The notes under the pieces are model-generated. The model saw nothing but the letters and a program-made list of their open reading frames with translations, searched no databases and was not told where the DNA came from. The position numbers and the translations under genes are program-made. From positions 1-27,591 of the forward strand of contig CBDDTI010000652.1 in the NCBI GenBank assembly GCA_965233585.1: a stretch of DNA of 27,591 nt, in the 5' to 3' direction. Every line of letters starts with the position of its first letter. The stretch's first letter is position 1. This document shows positions 11,050 through 22,375 of the stretch, piece after piece. The stretch comes from a bacterium. GTDB taxonomy: Bacteria; SAR324; NAC60-12.

Positions 11050-11360
11050 CTAGACAAGAAAGGATCTTTGAAAAGATCCGTCAGGAACTGAATCCTGTAA
11101 CATGCAAACCAGCCTAGACAATTAGACCTAAAGTAGATCCCCTTGTAGTACTTCATTGTGAAATGGACAGCTTGTTCAACAGTTCAAACTGAGTTCTGCA
11201 GGTACAGGGAGGTGATCAGCCTCCCCTTCCCACCAATGGCAATAGCTTCGTTGCGTGCAGTATGCCAAAGGTGCTGCACGCCCCTGCGTTATAAAAAGGG
11301 AGAGGACAGAAGGAAGAAAAAGAAGAGAAAGTTTTACATCTATTTAGATGTTACACACAC
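11050..11360 (-). repeat. Direct repeat B, copy 1 (~311 bp)
   Basis: Near-identical to 12138-12449 (2 substitutions and 1 indel seen); ends in (CA)n. Confidence 0.95.
11198..11287 (-). ncRNA. Putative pseudoknotted structured RNA, type B (also at 12286-12375)
   Basis: Outer stem GCAGG 11198-202/CCTGC 11283-87. Stem GCGTGCAG 11253-60/CTGCACGC 11274-81. Crossing stem CACC-aa-TGGCA 11231-41/TGCCA-aa-GGTG 11263-73. Hairpin 11206-11226. Confidence 0.75.
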
Positions 11361-12137
11361 GCACACACACACCCGGCCGGAGCCGGGTCAACCCTGAAAG
11401 GCAAAAGGAAGAAAAAAGCGGACACGACGACGGGCAAAAACCAGAACAGCGCAGGGGGGGAGGGGAACGAACGGGCCTCCAGAACAAACCTACGCGGCGA
11501 AACGGACCTGACCAAAAACAGAGCACACACCTAAACCCCACGACACATTACGGAGAGGCACGCAGGGAGAATTAGGGGCCAAATGGGGACTAGTTAATGG
11601 CAAGCGAGAGAAACCAAAACAATTAATTTAAAAACAAGACTCAGTTCCTTGATACTTTGAGGTCGTGCATTATTCCCTTGCCGGGACCGTGGTCAAGTCG
11701 TGCCGCAATGGCATAAACGGCTGTTCAAGTTCCATCGAATTAGGTGCACAATATGTTTGACCTCACCAGACAACCATCAAAAGAAAAAAGACCACACCTG
11801 AAAGTCGTGTGCCTGCCTGAATGGTTGTTCATGCGACATGGTTATGTCTCATTTCAAAAGCTGAAGCTGCAGTAAAAACGGGGTTTCTGATTGTTCAGCA
11901 CGGCTTCACAGTCGGAGAAGTGCAGCAGCTAGGAATCCCTGGGACCACAGGAGCCGCGGGAATTCTCGAAAAACGGTAAAGAACCGAAAGGCCAACTGTT
12001 TCGCTTTACTTAAACGAATTGCTAAGTTAAAATGTGTGAATTCGGAAATTTGAAATCAAGTCTGTCCACAGTCACCCACAAAGGGGTTGCCTCAATTGGC
12101 CCTATGGCACCTTGTCGGAGTCACCATAGGAATCACA

Positions 12138-12449
12138 CTAGACAAGAAAGGATCTTTGAAAAGATCCGTCAGGAACTGAGTCGTGTAACATGCAAACCAG
12201 CCTAGACAATTAGACCTAAAGTAGATCCCCTTGTAGTACTTCATTGTGAAATGGACAGCTTGTTCAACAGTTCAAACTGAGTTCTGCAGGTACAGGGAGG
12301 TGATCAGCCTCCCCTTCCCACCAATGGCAATAGCTTCGTTGCGTGCAGTATGCCAAAGGTGCTGCACGCCCCTGCGTTATTAAAAAGGGAGAGGACAGAA
12401 GGAAGAAAAAGAAGAGAAAGTTTTACATCTATTTAGATGTTACACACAC
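12138..12449 (-). repeat. Direct repeat B, copy 2
   Basis: Offset 1088-1089 bp from copy 1. Confidence 0.95.
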
Positions 12450-13590
12450 ACACATACATGCACGACATGCACATCATTCCAAATTGCACTACTATTTGGA
12501 ATATTTTAATATTGGATTGACATGCCTTGACTTGAGGTCTTGACGGGCTCGACTGACTCGACTGAGAAGTTCTTGCACCTACGGTTGCAGCCCGATAGGA
12601 CTGCAAAAGCACGCCAGGGCCAGCACCAGCCCCATCCCTGGGGCATCGGCCGTCGCCGACTAGAAGTGACGTGACAGATCCTCATCAAATCATTCCAATC
12701 ACGCGTTGAGGGTGCCATGTAGGTGGGTAGAACATGCACAACAAAACTTTGGGACGGACCTCTTGAGAAGTTGTCGCCTTGATCTGCATATTCTCGTTTC
12801 TTGATAAAGTTGTCGGTCACCCAGAGCTGGAAGGCGTTCATGATGATCTGCGGCAGGGAAGCTGGAACGACTTCCGCGGAAAACAAGCATAGTTTCTGTT
12901 GAAGCAAGGATGCTGTCAATTGTGTGAAATTGAAGCAATGCGTCCCAAGTCAGCTTCCACAAAGCACCGCGCCGGTGTTGCTATCATCACCACAAGCAAT
13001 TTCAACCTCAAAATCGTACCACTGGAATTTATCAACTGAGCGAGGGTGAGTCACGTCTGAAATTCGGGAACTCAGTGCGACGCAGTGGGTCCATGAAAGG
13101 CTTGAGACACACTCCCGCCGCAATTGTCAAAGGTTTCGCAAGCAAAATCATCAGAATAACCTCGGAACATCTTGGAACATAGGAAAACAAGGTCCATTCG
13201 TCATTGGTATGAGAATGACAAACCAATTTTATCTGTGACCAGTGACAATGACAATGCGCACACTGTTTGGAAAGCTAGAAATAAACTCGGTGGAGTACCA
13301 TAAAGAGCTTCATGAAGGTCACGATCACGAGCCATAAGCCAAGCTGTTTGGCATACATTATCACCTCAACTGGAAGCCAATGCAGCAGAAGCCAAGGCTG
13401 CCCGCGGAAACTTCAAACAAAATGAATGTGATGAAGAACAGTAGCAATTTGGCAAGCTTTAAGTTTCACAAGTTTTCACAAGAATGCTTCAAGCGTTTTG
13501 CAAGCTGGAACCTGGAACTCTCCTCCACGCCAGTAGCTGCCAGTTCTGAAATCCTACGGCCAAACATGTTCACCCTAAGGCCTACTAGCC

Positions 13591-16479
13591 GAAGGAAGTT
13601 TAGAAGTCAAACTTCCGACAATATGGACAGATGAAAAAGCAGAGGTGGGAAGAGTCAGAGAAGAGAAGAAGAAAGATCAGAGAAGAGAAAGCGTCAGAAG
13701 AAAGAAGATGCAGGCGCGCGAAAAGGTAGAAAAGTCCCAAAATACCGTGTCTTTCCAATGTTTTGGGGCTCCGGAGGCTCGAAACGTAGGCTCACTAAAG
13801 CAGCGGGTGCGGAGCCATCTGGCCAGATGAGAGATGAAGAATTGCACGCCGTTGTGGCGCGAAGCAAATTTCGAAGTCAAAATGCTAAAAATACCACAAC
13901 GTTGGAGCACTTTTGCAAGTTGAGATGTTGAAAAAATGCACGCCGTTCTGGCGCGAAGCACATTTGAAAGTCAAAAGCGGTGTAAAAAACTGACGGCCTC
14001 AGAGCACTTGTGGAAGTTGAGACGTTCAAAAGTATACGCCATTGTGGCGCGAAGCACATTTCGAAGTCAAAATGCCAAAGACACCACATGTTCGCGCCAC
14101 TTTTTGACGTTGAAGCGTCGTTTTGTGTTGCAGGCGTAAGGGATTCTGCACCCTGCCAAAAGCGTGCAAAACATGGGGGTGTTGTGACAGTTTCAGCAAC
14201 GTTGGCAGGCGTGGGGCATTTGAAGAGGATCTGCAAAGATGCATGTCGCGTGGCAGGCGCAGTACTAGAGACACATGAGTCAGACATGTCAGGAGATCCG
14301 GGTGCTGATTTCCTGAGAGGGGTGGCATTTTGGAGCATCAGATCTTCAGGTTTTGGTAAGATGCTTTTGTGTGACAGGTGCAGCACTTCGTGTGACCTGG
14401 CCTCACTGTTTCGTGGCAGGCGCAGTACTGCAGATAGATGGAATGAAAAATCGCAAAACGCATTGGCACGAGGCCCTGAGCTCTGCACTCAACTTTGTAT
14501 TTTTGAAGGAAGTCTCGCAGAATTGCTTCGCTTTTGATATCGTCAACTTCGAAAATTGAGGAAGTCTCGCAGAATTGCTTCGTTTTTGACCTTGTCAAGT
14601 TCAAAAACTGAGGAAGTCTCGCTGAATTGCTGCGTTTTTGATGTTGTCAAGTTCAAAAACTGAGGAAGTCTCGCTGAATAGCTTCGTTTTCAAGCTTGTA
14701 GCTAGACAGATAGATAGATAGAAAACTACAAGTACAAGTGCAACTACAACAACACAACGCCATAATACAACTACAAAATACAAAAATACTACGCTACAGT
14801 ACACTACACTCATTACACTACACTAATCTAATTACACTACACTACGCTAATTGCAGTGCACTACGCTAATTGCAGTACACTACACTAATTACATTACAAC
14901 TACAACTACAACTACGACTACAACTACAACTACAACTACGACTACAACTACAACACCAACAACAACACCAACAACAACACCAATAACAACACCAACAACA
15001 ACACCACCACCAACACCAACGCCAACGCCAACACCAATACCACCACCAATACCACCACCACCACCACCAACAACAACAACCACAACAACCACAACAACCA
15101 CAACAACCAACAACAACAGCAACAACCAACAGCAACAGCAACAACAGCAACAGCAACAGCAACGACAACAACAAGAACAACAAGGACAACAACGACAACA
15201 ACAACACCAACAACAACAACAACTACTACTACTGCTGCTGCTGCTACTACTACTATTACTACTACTACTACCACTACCACTACCACCACCACCACGACTA
15301 CTACTACTACTAATACTAGTACTACTAGTACTACCAGTACTACTAGTAATGGTGCTACTAGTAATAGTGCTACTACTACTACTACTTCTACTTCTACTTC
15401 TACTACTACTACTACTCCTACTCCTACTACCACTACTACTACTATTACTATTACTATTACTACTACTATTACTATTGCTATTACTACTACTACTACTATT
15501 ACTACTACTACTATCACTACTACTACTACTGCTACTGCTGCTACTACTGCTACTACTACTACTAGTACTACTACTACTAGTACTACTACTACTACCTGCT
15601 GCTAGTACTGCTACTACTGCTAGTGCTACCACTACTAACACTACCTACTAGCTACTAACTACCAGCTACGAGCTACTAGCTACTAGCTACTAACTAGTGC
15701 TTGCTACTAGCTACTAGCTACTAGCTACTTACTACTTACTACTTGCTACAGCTACTACTACTACTACTAAGACTACTACTACTACTAGCTACAGCTACAG
15801 CTACACTACATTACACTACGCTACGCTAATTGCACTACACTACACTACTCTACAACGACTACATTACACAACACAACACAACACTACACAACACTACACT
15901 AATTACACTACACTAAGTACACTACACTGATTGCACAACAGCTACAACTACAACTACAACTACACTACATCACGCTACACTACACTAGACTAAACTGCAC
16001 TGCACTACTGTACACTACACTGCGCGACACGACGCTACACTAACTACAAGTACAGCTACAACTACAACCACAATACTTTACACTACTTTGCACTACACTA
16101 CGGTAGACTACACTACACTATACTACACTACACGACACAGCTGTACAGTACACTACACTACATTACATTACACTAGACTCATTACACAACACCAAAACTA
16201 CAACTGCAACTGTAACTACCACTACGCTACACTGATTGCACTACACTACAACTACAACTCCACGACACTACAACTACAACTAGAATTGCACTACACCACA
16301 CTACATCCAGCAGTTGTGGGTGAGGTGACCACTGCAACCATTGCAACCACTCCAAAAAACAACACTCCAACCACCTTTCGGTCCATCAGTGGATTCGCTC
16401 TGCCATCCATGCATCACAACAACTCACCTCTCCCATATAATTGAAACTTCCGCCACCGCCTTGTGCGGTACTACTGGTA
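13591..16479 (+). mobile_element. Non-autonomous element with Helitron2/Helentron-like termini and an internal CTACA/trinucleotide microsatellite
   Basis: 5' hairpin GGAAGTTT(13594-601)-7 nt-AAACTTCC(13609-16). Subterminal AAACTTCC at 16444-51 followed by hairpin ACCGC-CTTGT-GCGGT (16455-69). Internal ~95-bp repeats (13845-14110) and ~52-bp repeats (14505-14690). A second family copy lies at 2201-2566. Confidence 0.75.
14720..16300. repeat. Compound microsatellite: (CTACA)n, (ACAACT)n, (ACC)n, (CAA/CAG)n, (CTA)n, (CTACTAG)n
   Basis: Read directly from the sequence. Confidence 0.97.
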
Positions 16480-17297
16480 GGTGGTAACAATATGTGGTAA
16501 TGGCACTTGCATTGCGCCTGAGCACCCTCTTCCAAGACCGTGTTAAGGGCATCCGTAAGCACTCGGAGCAGCAAGTACTCAATGAGGACCTGCGAAATCC
16601 GCAATTGTGTCTTCACTTCGCTTCCCAATCAGTCCAGCAGTGAAACAAAAGCGCACAGAGTTTCACACGGCAAATGATTTGCACAGCCAAAGCAGCCCCG
16701 AGGGTGGTATCCAGTATGATGTTAAGCCAGTACCTCAAGACCAAGATTGCCGGGATGAAGCATGATCTTGGAAGAAAGGCAATCCATGGCAATATATGCC
16801 AATGCCAACATCCTCTACTCTGGCACACCATTCGCATTCATCGCCTTGGCCCATTTGGCTTCCCAGAAGCTCTGCACACCTGAAGGTTCAATACAATGCT
16901 TGACCATGCCGAGCATGAAAAAAACACTATCAACATATGCCGTGCTTTGTTTGAGCGCTGCTTGCAAAGCAAGTTGCAGAAGATTCAGGATATGGATCCA
17001 TCCTGCGAATTTTGCAGTCGAAAGCTGCCGTTCAAAAAAACGCGAACACACGTAAAGTAGCACAGAAGCAGCGGACCCAACGGACCCCATACAATCACTG
17101 TTCAGAGAGCAGGGTCGGCAGAGTTGGAAGAGTGAAATGCTGCGGGCAAATTGGCAAATCGTCTTTCACCAGGTCTTGGTCTTAGGATGTCTTAGGGGCT
17201 TCTACGCGGCAGCACGATGAACACAGCTAAAGCGACAGCGCTCTCAGAGTCACAACTCACAAGAGATTGGGAGCAAGCAGGAAAAGATGTGTACTGT

Positions 17298-17382
17298 GCT
17301 ATATATATATATATAAATACACACACATACCAGTATATTTATATATATATATATAATATGATTAAATAATATGTATATATTA
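17298..17382. repeat. (TA)n/(CA)n microsatellite
   Basis: Read directly from the sequence. Confidence 0.9.
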
Positions 17383-18500
17383 TCCGCCGACCCCTGCCGT
17401 TGCCATTGCAGGGGGAGGCGCCCGAGACAGCCAAGCATCGGCAGCGGCCTGTTCTCCTTCACTGGCAGGCAGTTCAGGAGCTGACGGCGCCACGACCAGC
17501 TGCCTTTCGAAGGCAGGATCTGTCCCGCAGTGCCATGCTGTTTCGGTGTGGCAAACGTACCTTTTTGAGCTTTTAGCTGGCCTTTGAACCTTGTTCTATA
17601 GGCGTTTCAAAGCGAGCAAATGGGCCACGACCTAGCAGCCCTGCGAGAAGTCTTCCGTCCTTCACTGCCATGCTGTTAAAGCGTGGCGAAGGGTGCTTTT
17701 TCCCGAGCTGGCGGCTGCTCTTGGCATTCTTCTTTGACCGTTAGAAGGCGGCATGATGTCTTCCAACCGGGCAGCGGCGCGAAGCCTTCCGTCCTTCACT
17801 CCCATGCTGTTAAAGCGTGGCAAAGGGTGCTTTCTCTGAGCTGGCGGTGCGTTTTTGAGCTTTTTGGCTGGCCTTTGAACCTTGTTCTATAGGCGCTTCA
17901 AAGCGAGCAAATGGGCCATGACCTAGCTGCCCTTCGAGAAACCGTCCGCCCTTCACCGCCATGCTGTTAAAGCGTGGCCTTCACCGCCATGCTCTTGGCA
18001 TTCTTCTTTGACCGTTAGAAGGCGACCTGACACCGTCCGACCGGGCAGCGGCGCGAAGCCTTCCGTCCTTCACTGGCAGGCAGTTCAGGAGCTGACGCAG
18101 CTGCCCTTCGAAGGCACGATCTGTTCTGCAGTGCCATGCTGTTTCGGTGTGGCAAACGCACCTTTTTTGAGCTTTTAGCTGGCCTTTGAACCTTTTTCTA
18201 TAGGCGTTTCAAAGCGAGCAAATGGGCCACGACCTAGCGGCCCTTCGATGCAAAAAAAAGTTGAGCACATTTGAACATCAAGAGCACAATGGAGCACTTG
18301 ACCTCTTCAAGTCCTGCACCAATCAACTGCTTGGAGGAGTCCAGGCCAAATTGAAACCATGTTCTTTCGCCTCCTTCCACAACCTCACAACATCTCACAC
18401 CGCATCGCACCGCATCACACCGCATCACAACGAATCACAACGCATCACACCCCATCACAACCTATCACAACCCATCACAACCCATCACCAATGTCATTTC
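17383..18500. repeat. GC-richer composite repeat with internal duplications and a (CATCACAA)-like tail
   Basis: tttt(a/g)gctggcctttgaacctt...ctataggcg.ttcaaagcgagcaaatgggcca recurs near 17570, 17865 and 18175. ccttcactggcaggcagttcaggagctgacg occurs at ~17456 and ~18067. Begins next to (TA)n with hairpin CCCCTGC..GCAGGGG. Confidence 0.8.
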
Positions 18501-18699
18501 ACAACTAGACGACGGTTGGCCCGAGAGCGAAAAACACGTTTTTCAAGCAGCTCTGAGGATGGTAGTCGTAAAAGATAGTCGGTGAATAATTGGTGAATTT
18601 TATATGAGCTATGGAAAGATATGGTGTGAAAAAGTAAGATTGATCAAGAAGAGAATATTTGGTAAAGGGCATCAGATGACATGTGTCTTGCAACCACAG

Positions 18700-18785
<86 letters not shown>

Positions 18786-18959
18786 AAGGGGGGGTAGAAA
18801 GAAAACATGGAGAAATGTAATGTGAGCAACAAAAGTGCACAGGAGACTCAGTACCATGAGTCTGCGAATGACATGTGCTATCTCATTTTATTATGGTAAT
18901 TCCCACACACATTGCGGAAAAAGGCTCGGCACCATCATTCCGTGAACGCGAAGAAACGC

Positions 18960-21070
18960 GACGCTTTTATACAGAGACGCTTTTACACACAGAATCTTTT
19001 ACACATAAACACTTTTACACACAGACGCTTTCACACAGAGACGTTTTTCATGCGCACACACACAGACGCATTTCCACACAGAGACTTTTACACGAAAACA
19101 CTTTAACACACAGACGCTTTTATACACAGACTCTTTTACACACATACGCTTTTACATGCAGATGCCTTTTTACAGACGCACACACACTTTCACACACAAA
19201 CGCTTTTACACACAGACGCTTTTGCACACAGACACAGACGCTTTTCCACACAGACCCTTTTACACACAGACGCTTTTACACACAAACACTTTTACACACA
19301 TACGCTTTTACACACGGACGCTTTTACACGCAAACACTTTTACATACAGGCGCTTTTACACACAGACGCTTTTACACTCAGACACTTTTACACACAGACG
19401 CTTTTCCACACAGACCCTTTTACACACAGACGCTTTTACACACAAACACTTTTACACACAGACGCTTCCACAGAGACTTTTACACAGAGACGCTCACAAA
19501 GCGCGGCACCACTGGGTGACCTCAGTTTACATATAAGAATATGGATGTTCACTCTGTGCACAATGCATCTTGTCTCTACGTTCACGTCTGAGCCCAGGAA
19601 AGAGGTAAAGAGGTAAACTATGCTTGTCGCTGCAGAGTTGCGCAATCCACTGCAAAGCATTTGCTCTCTGACTTCCAAACTGAGAACACCACTCATGAGT
19701 TTGACATGACAAAGAACCACTGTCGCAGAGACCTGCAAACTGAAGGCTGAACGCATCAACAAAAAACTAGTTTAACAAAGCTCGGTAACAAAAAACTCAG
19801 CAGCTCGGCAACACCATCTTACATCATCTCGCAATGCCTTGTTTCATCTTGTATCATCCTGGACTTCCAAACTGAGAACACAATTCGTGAGTTTGACACT
19901 TGGGATGGGCATCATTGTCGAACACCATGATGCTGCAAATTACATGCATCACACCGTTCTCGAAGGAAACATCCACAAAGGTACAACGAACCCAACAGCT
20001 TGGTAACTTCTACAACTTCATGCACTAACCTGCTACACACTCGCACAATTCAATGCAAAGAATGTGTTCTTCGAAGCCTGAGACCACGACTCCTGCGTTT
20101 GACAAGCAAACATCATTGTCACATAGACATGCAAACTGAACAGTGAAGCTCACTATGAACATCTCAATTCCCACACAAATTATCACACCAAACGAACCAA
20201 GCTCCGCACGTCCTAGCACGGATACACTAGCAAGCATTTTCACCCTCAATCTCTAACAGTTCCATGTCGTGCGGTAAAAGTACACACAAAATCTTTTACA
20301 CACAAACGCTTTTACACATGATGCTTTTACACAAACACACTTTGACACACAGACGCTTTGACACACAAAAGCCTTTACACACAAACGCTTTTACACACAG
20401 ACGCTTTTACACACAGACGCTTTTACACACAGACGCTTTTACACACAAAAGCTTTTACACACAGACGGTTTTACACACAGACGCTTCTACACGCAGGTGC
20501 GGTAAAAGTACACACAAAATCTTTTACACAAACGCTTTTACACATGGTGCTTTTACACAAACACACTTTGACACACAGACGCTTTGACACACAAAAGCCG
20601 TTACACACAAACGCTTTTACACACAGACGCTTTTACACACAGACGCTTTTACACACAGACGCTTTTACACACAGACGCTTTCACACACAAAAGCTTTTAC
20701 ACACAGACGGTTTTACACACAGACGCTTCTACACGCAGACGCTTTTACACGCAGATGCGTTTTACACACGCAGACACGCTTTCACACACAAACGCTTTTA
20801 CACACAGACGCGTTGACACACAAACGCTTTTACACACAGACGCTTTTACGCGCAGATGCGTTTTACACACGCACACGCGCTTTCACACACAAACGCTTTT
20901 ACACACAGACGCGTTCACACAGAAACGCTTTTACATACAGACGCGTTTACACACAGACGCTTTTACACACAGACGCTTTTACACGCAGATGCTTTTTACA
21001 CACGCAGACACGCTTTCACACACAAACGCTTTTACACACAGACGCCTTTACACACAGACATTGTTACACA
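18960..21070. repeat. 16-bp satellite ACACACAGACGCTTTT in two blocks (18960-19495 and 20280-21070)
   Basis: Read directly; the repetitive HTDAFTHRRFYTQTLL ORFs are its translation. Confidence 0.97.
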
Positions 21071-21084
21071 AACGAAAGCGTCCA

Positions 21085-21718
21085 TCGCAATTTTTCCTCA
21101 GTTTTTGACGTCCAAGGTCCATTTCGTGCAAAAGGGTTACGATTAACTAAGTAAAATCGCAATTTTTCCTCAGTTTTTGACGTCCAACGTCCATTTCGTG
21201 CGAAAGGGTTACGATTGACCAAGTAAAATCGCAATTTTTCCTCAATTTTTGACGTCCAACGTCCATTTCGTGCGAAAGGGTTACGATTGACCAAGTAAAA
21301 TCGCAATTTTTCCTCAATTTTTGACGTCCAACGTCCATTTCGTGTGTAAGGGTTACGATTGACAACTCAAAGTCGCAATTTTTCCTCAGTTTTTGACGTC
21401 CAACGTCCATTTCGTGCGAAAGGGTTGCGCCGGACGCTTCAAAGTCGCAATTTTTCCTCAGTTTTTGACGTCCAACGTCCATTTCGTGCGAAAGGGTTGC
21501 GCGCGACCAATAAAAGTTGCAATTTTTCCTCAGTTTTTGACGTCCAACGTCCATTTCGTGCGAAAGGGTTGCGCGGGACGCTTCAAAGTCGCAATTTTTC
21601 CTCAGTTTTTGCCGTCCAACGTCCATTTCGTGCGAAAGGGTTGCCGGGGACGCTTCAAAATCGCAATTTTACCTAGGTTTTGGACGTCCAACGTCCATTT
21701 CGTGCGAAAGGGTTGCGT
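21085..21718. repeat. 72-bp tandem repeat, 9 copies
   Basis: t(c/t)gcaattttt starts at 21085, 21157, 21229, 21301 and so on to 21661. Confidence 0.97.
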
Positions 21719-21777
21719 TTCGTGGCGCTCCGGCGGCACCGCCCCCGCCTTAAGAGAGAATAGAAGAAGAGCGAGAG

Positions 21778-22375
21778 GAGATCTGCAGATGTGAAGATCT
21801 AGATCTGGAGGTGTGAGGGTGTGAAGATCTAGATCTGCAGGTGTGAGGGTGTGATGATGTAGATCTGCAGATGTGAGGGTGTGAAGATCTAGATCTGCAG
21901 GTGTGAGGATGTGAAGATCTAGATCTGCAGGTGTGAGGGTGCGAAGATCTAGATCTGCAGATGTGAGGGTGTGAAGATGTAGATCTGCAGATGTGAGGGT
22001 GTGAAGATCTAGATCTGCAGGTGTGAAGGTGTGAAGATCTAGATCTGCAGGTGTGAAGGTGTGAAGATCTAGATCTGCAGGTGTGAAGGTGTGAAGATCT
22101 AGATCTGCAGGTGTGAAGGTGTGAAGATCTAGATCTGCAGGTGTCAGGGGGTGTGAAGATGTAGATCAGCAGATGTGAGGGTGTGAAAATGTAGATCTGC
22201 AGATGTGAAGGTGTGAAGATGTAGATCTGCAGGTGTGAAGGTGTGAAGATGTAGATCAGCAGATGTGAAGGTGTGAAGATCTAGATCTGCAGGTGTGGAG
22301 GTGTGAAGATCTAGATCTGCAGGTATGAGGGTGTGAAGATGTAGATCAGCAGATGTGAAGGTGTGAAGATGTAGT
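21778..22375. repeat. 30-bp tandem repeat (GTGTGAAGGTGTGAAGATCTAGATCTGCAG), ~20 copies
   Basis: Read directly; gives a 10-aa periodic translation. Confidence 0.97.

Noticed and set aside
13645..14813. Overlapping ORFs of up to 203 aa in both directions
   Set aside because: They lie within the non-autonomous repeat and show no recognisable domain.
14851..15651. 266-aa poly-T/P/Q/L ORF and its antisense ORFs
   Set aside because: Translation of trinucleotide microsatellites inside a repeat element.
21085..21718. 72-bp array as a CRISPR array
   Set aside because: The variable parts are only ~14 nt and related to each other, there are no cas genes, and the context is eukaryotic satellite DNA.
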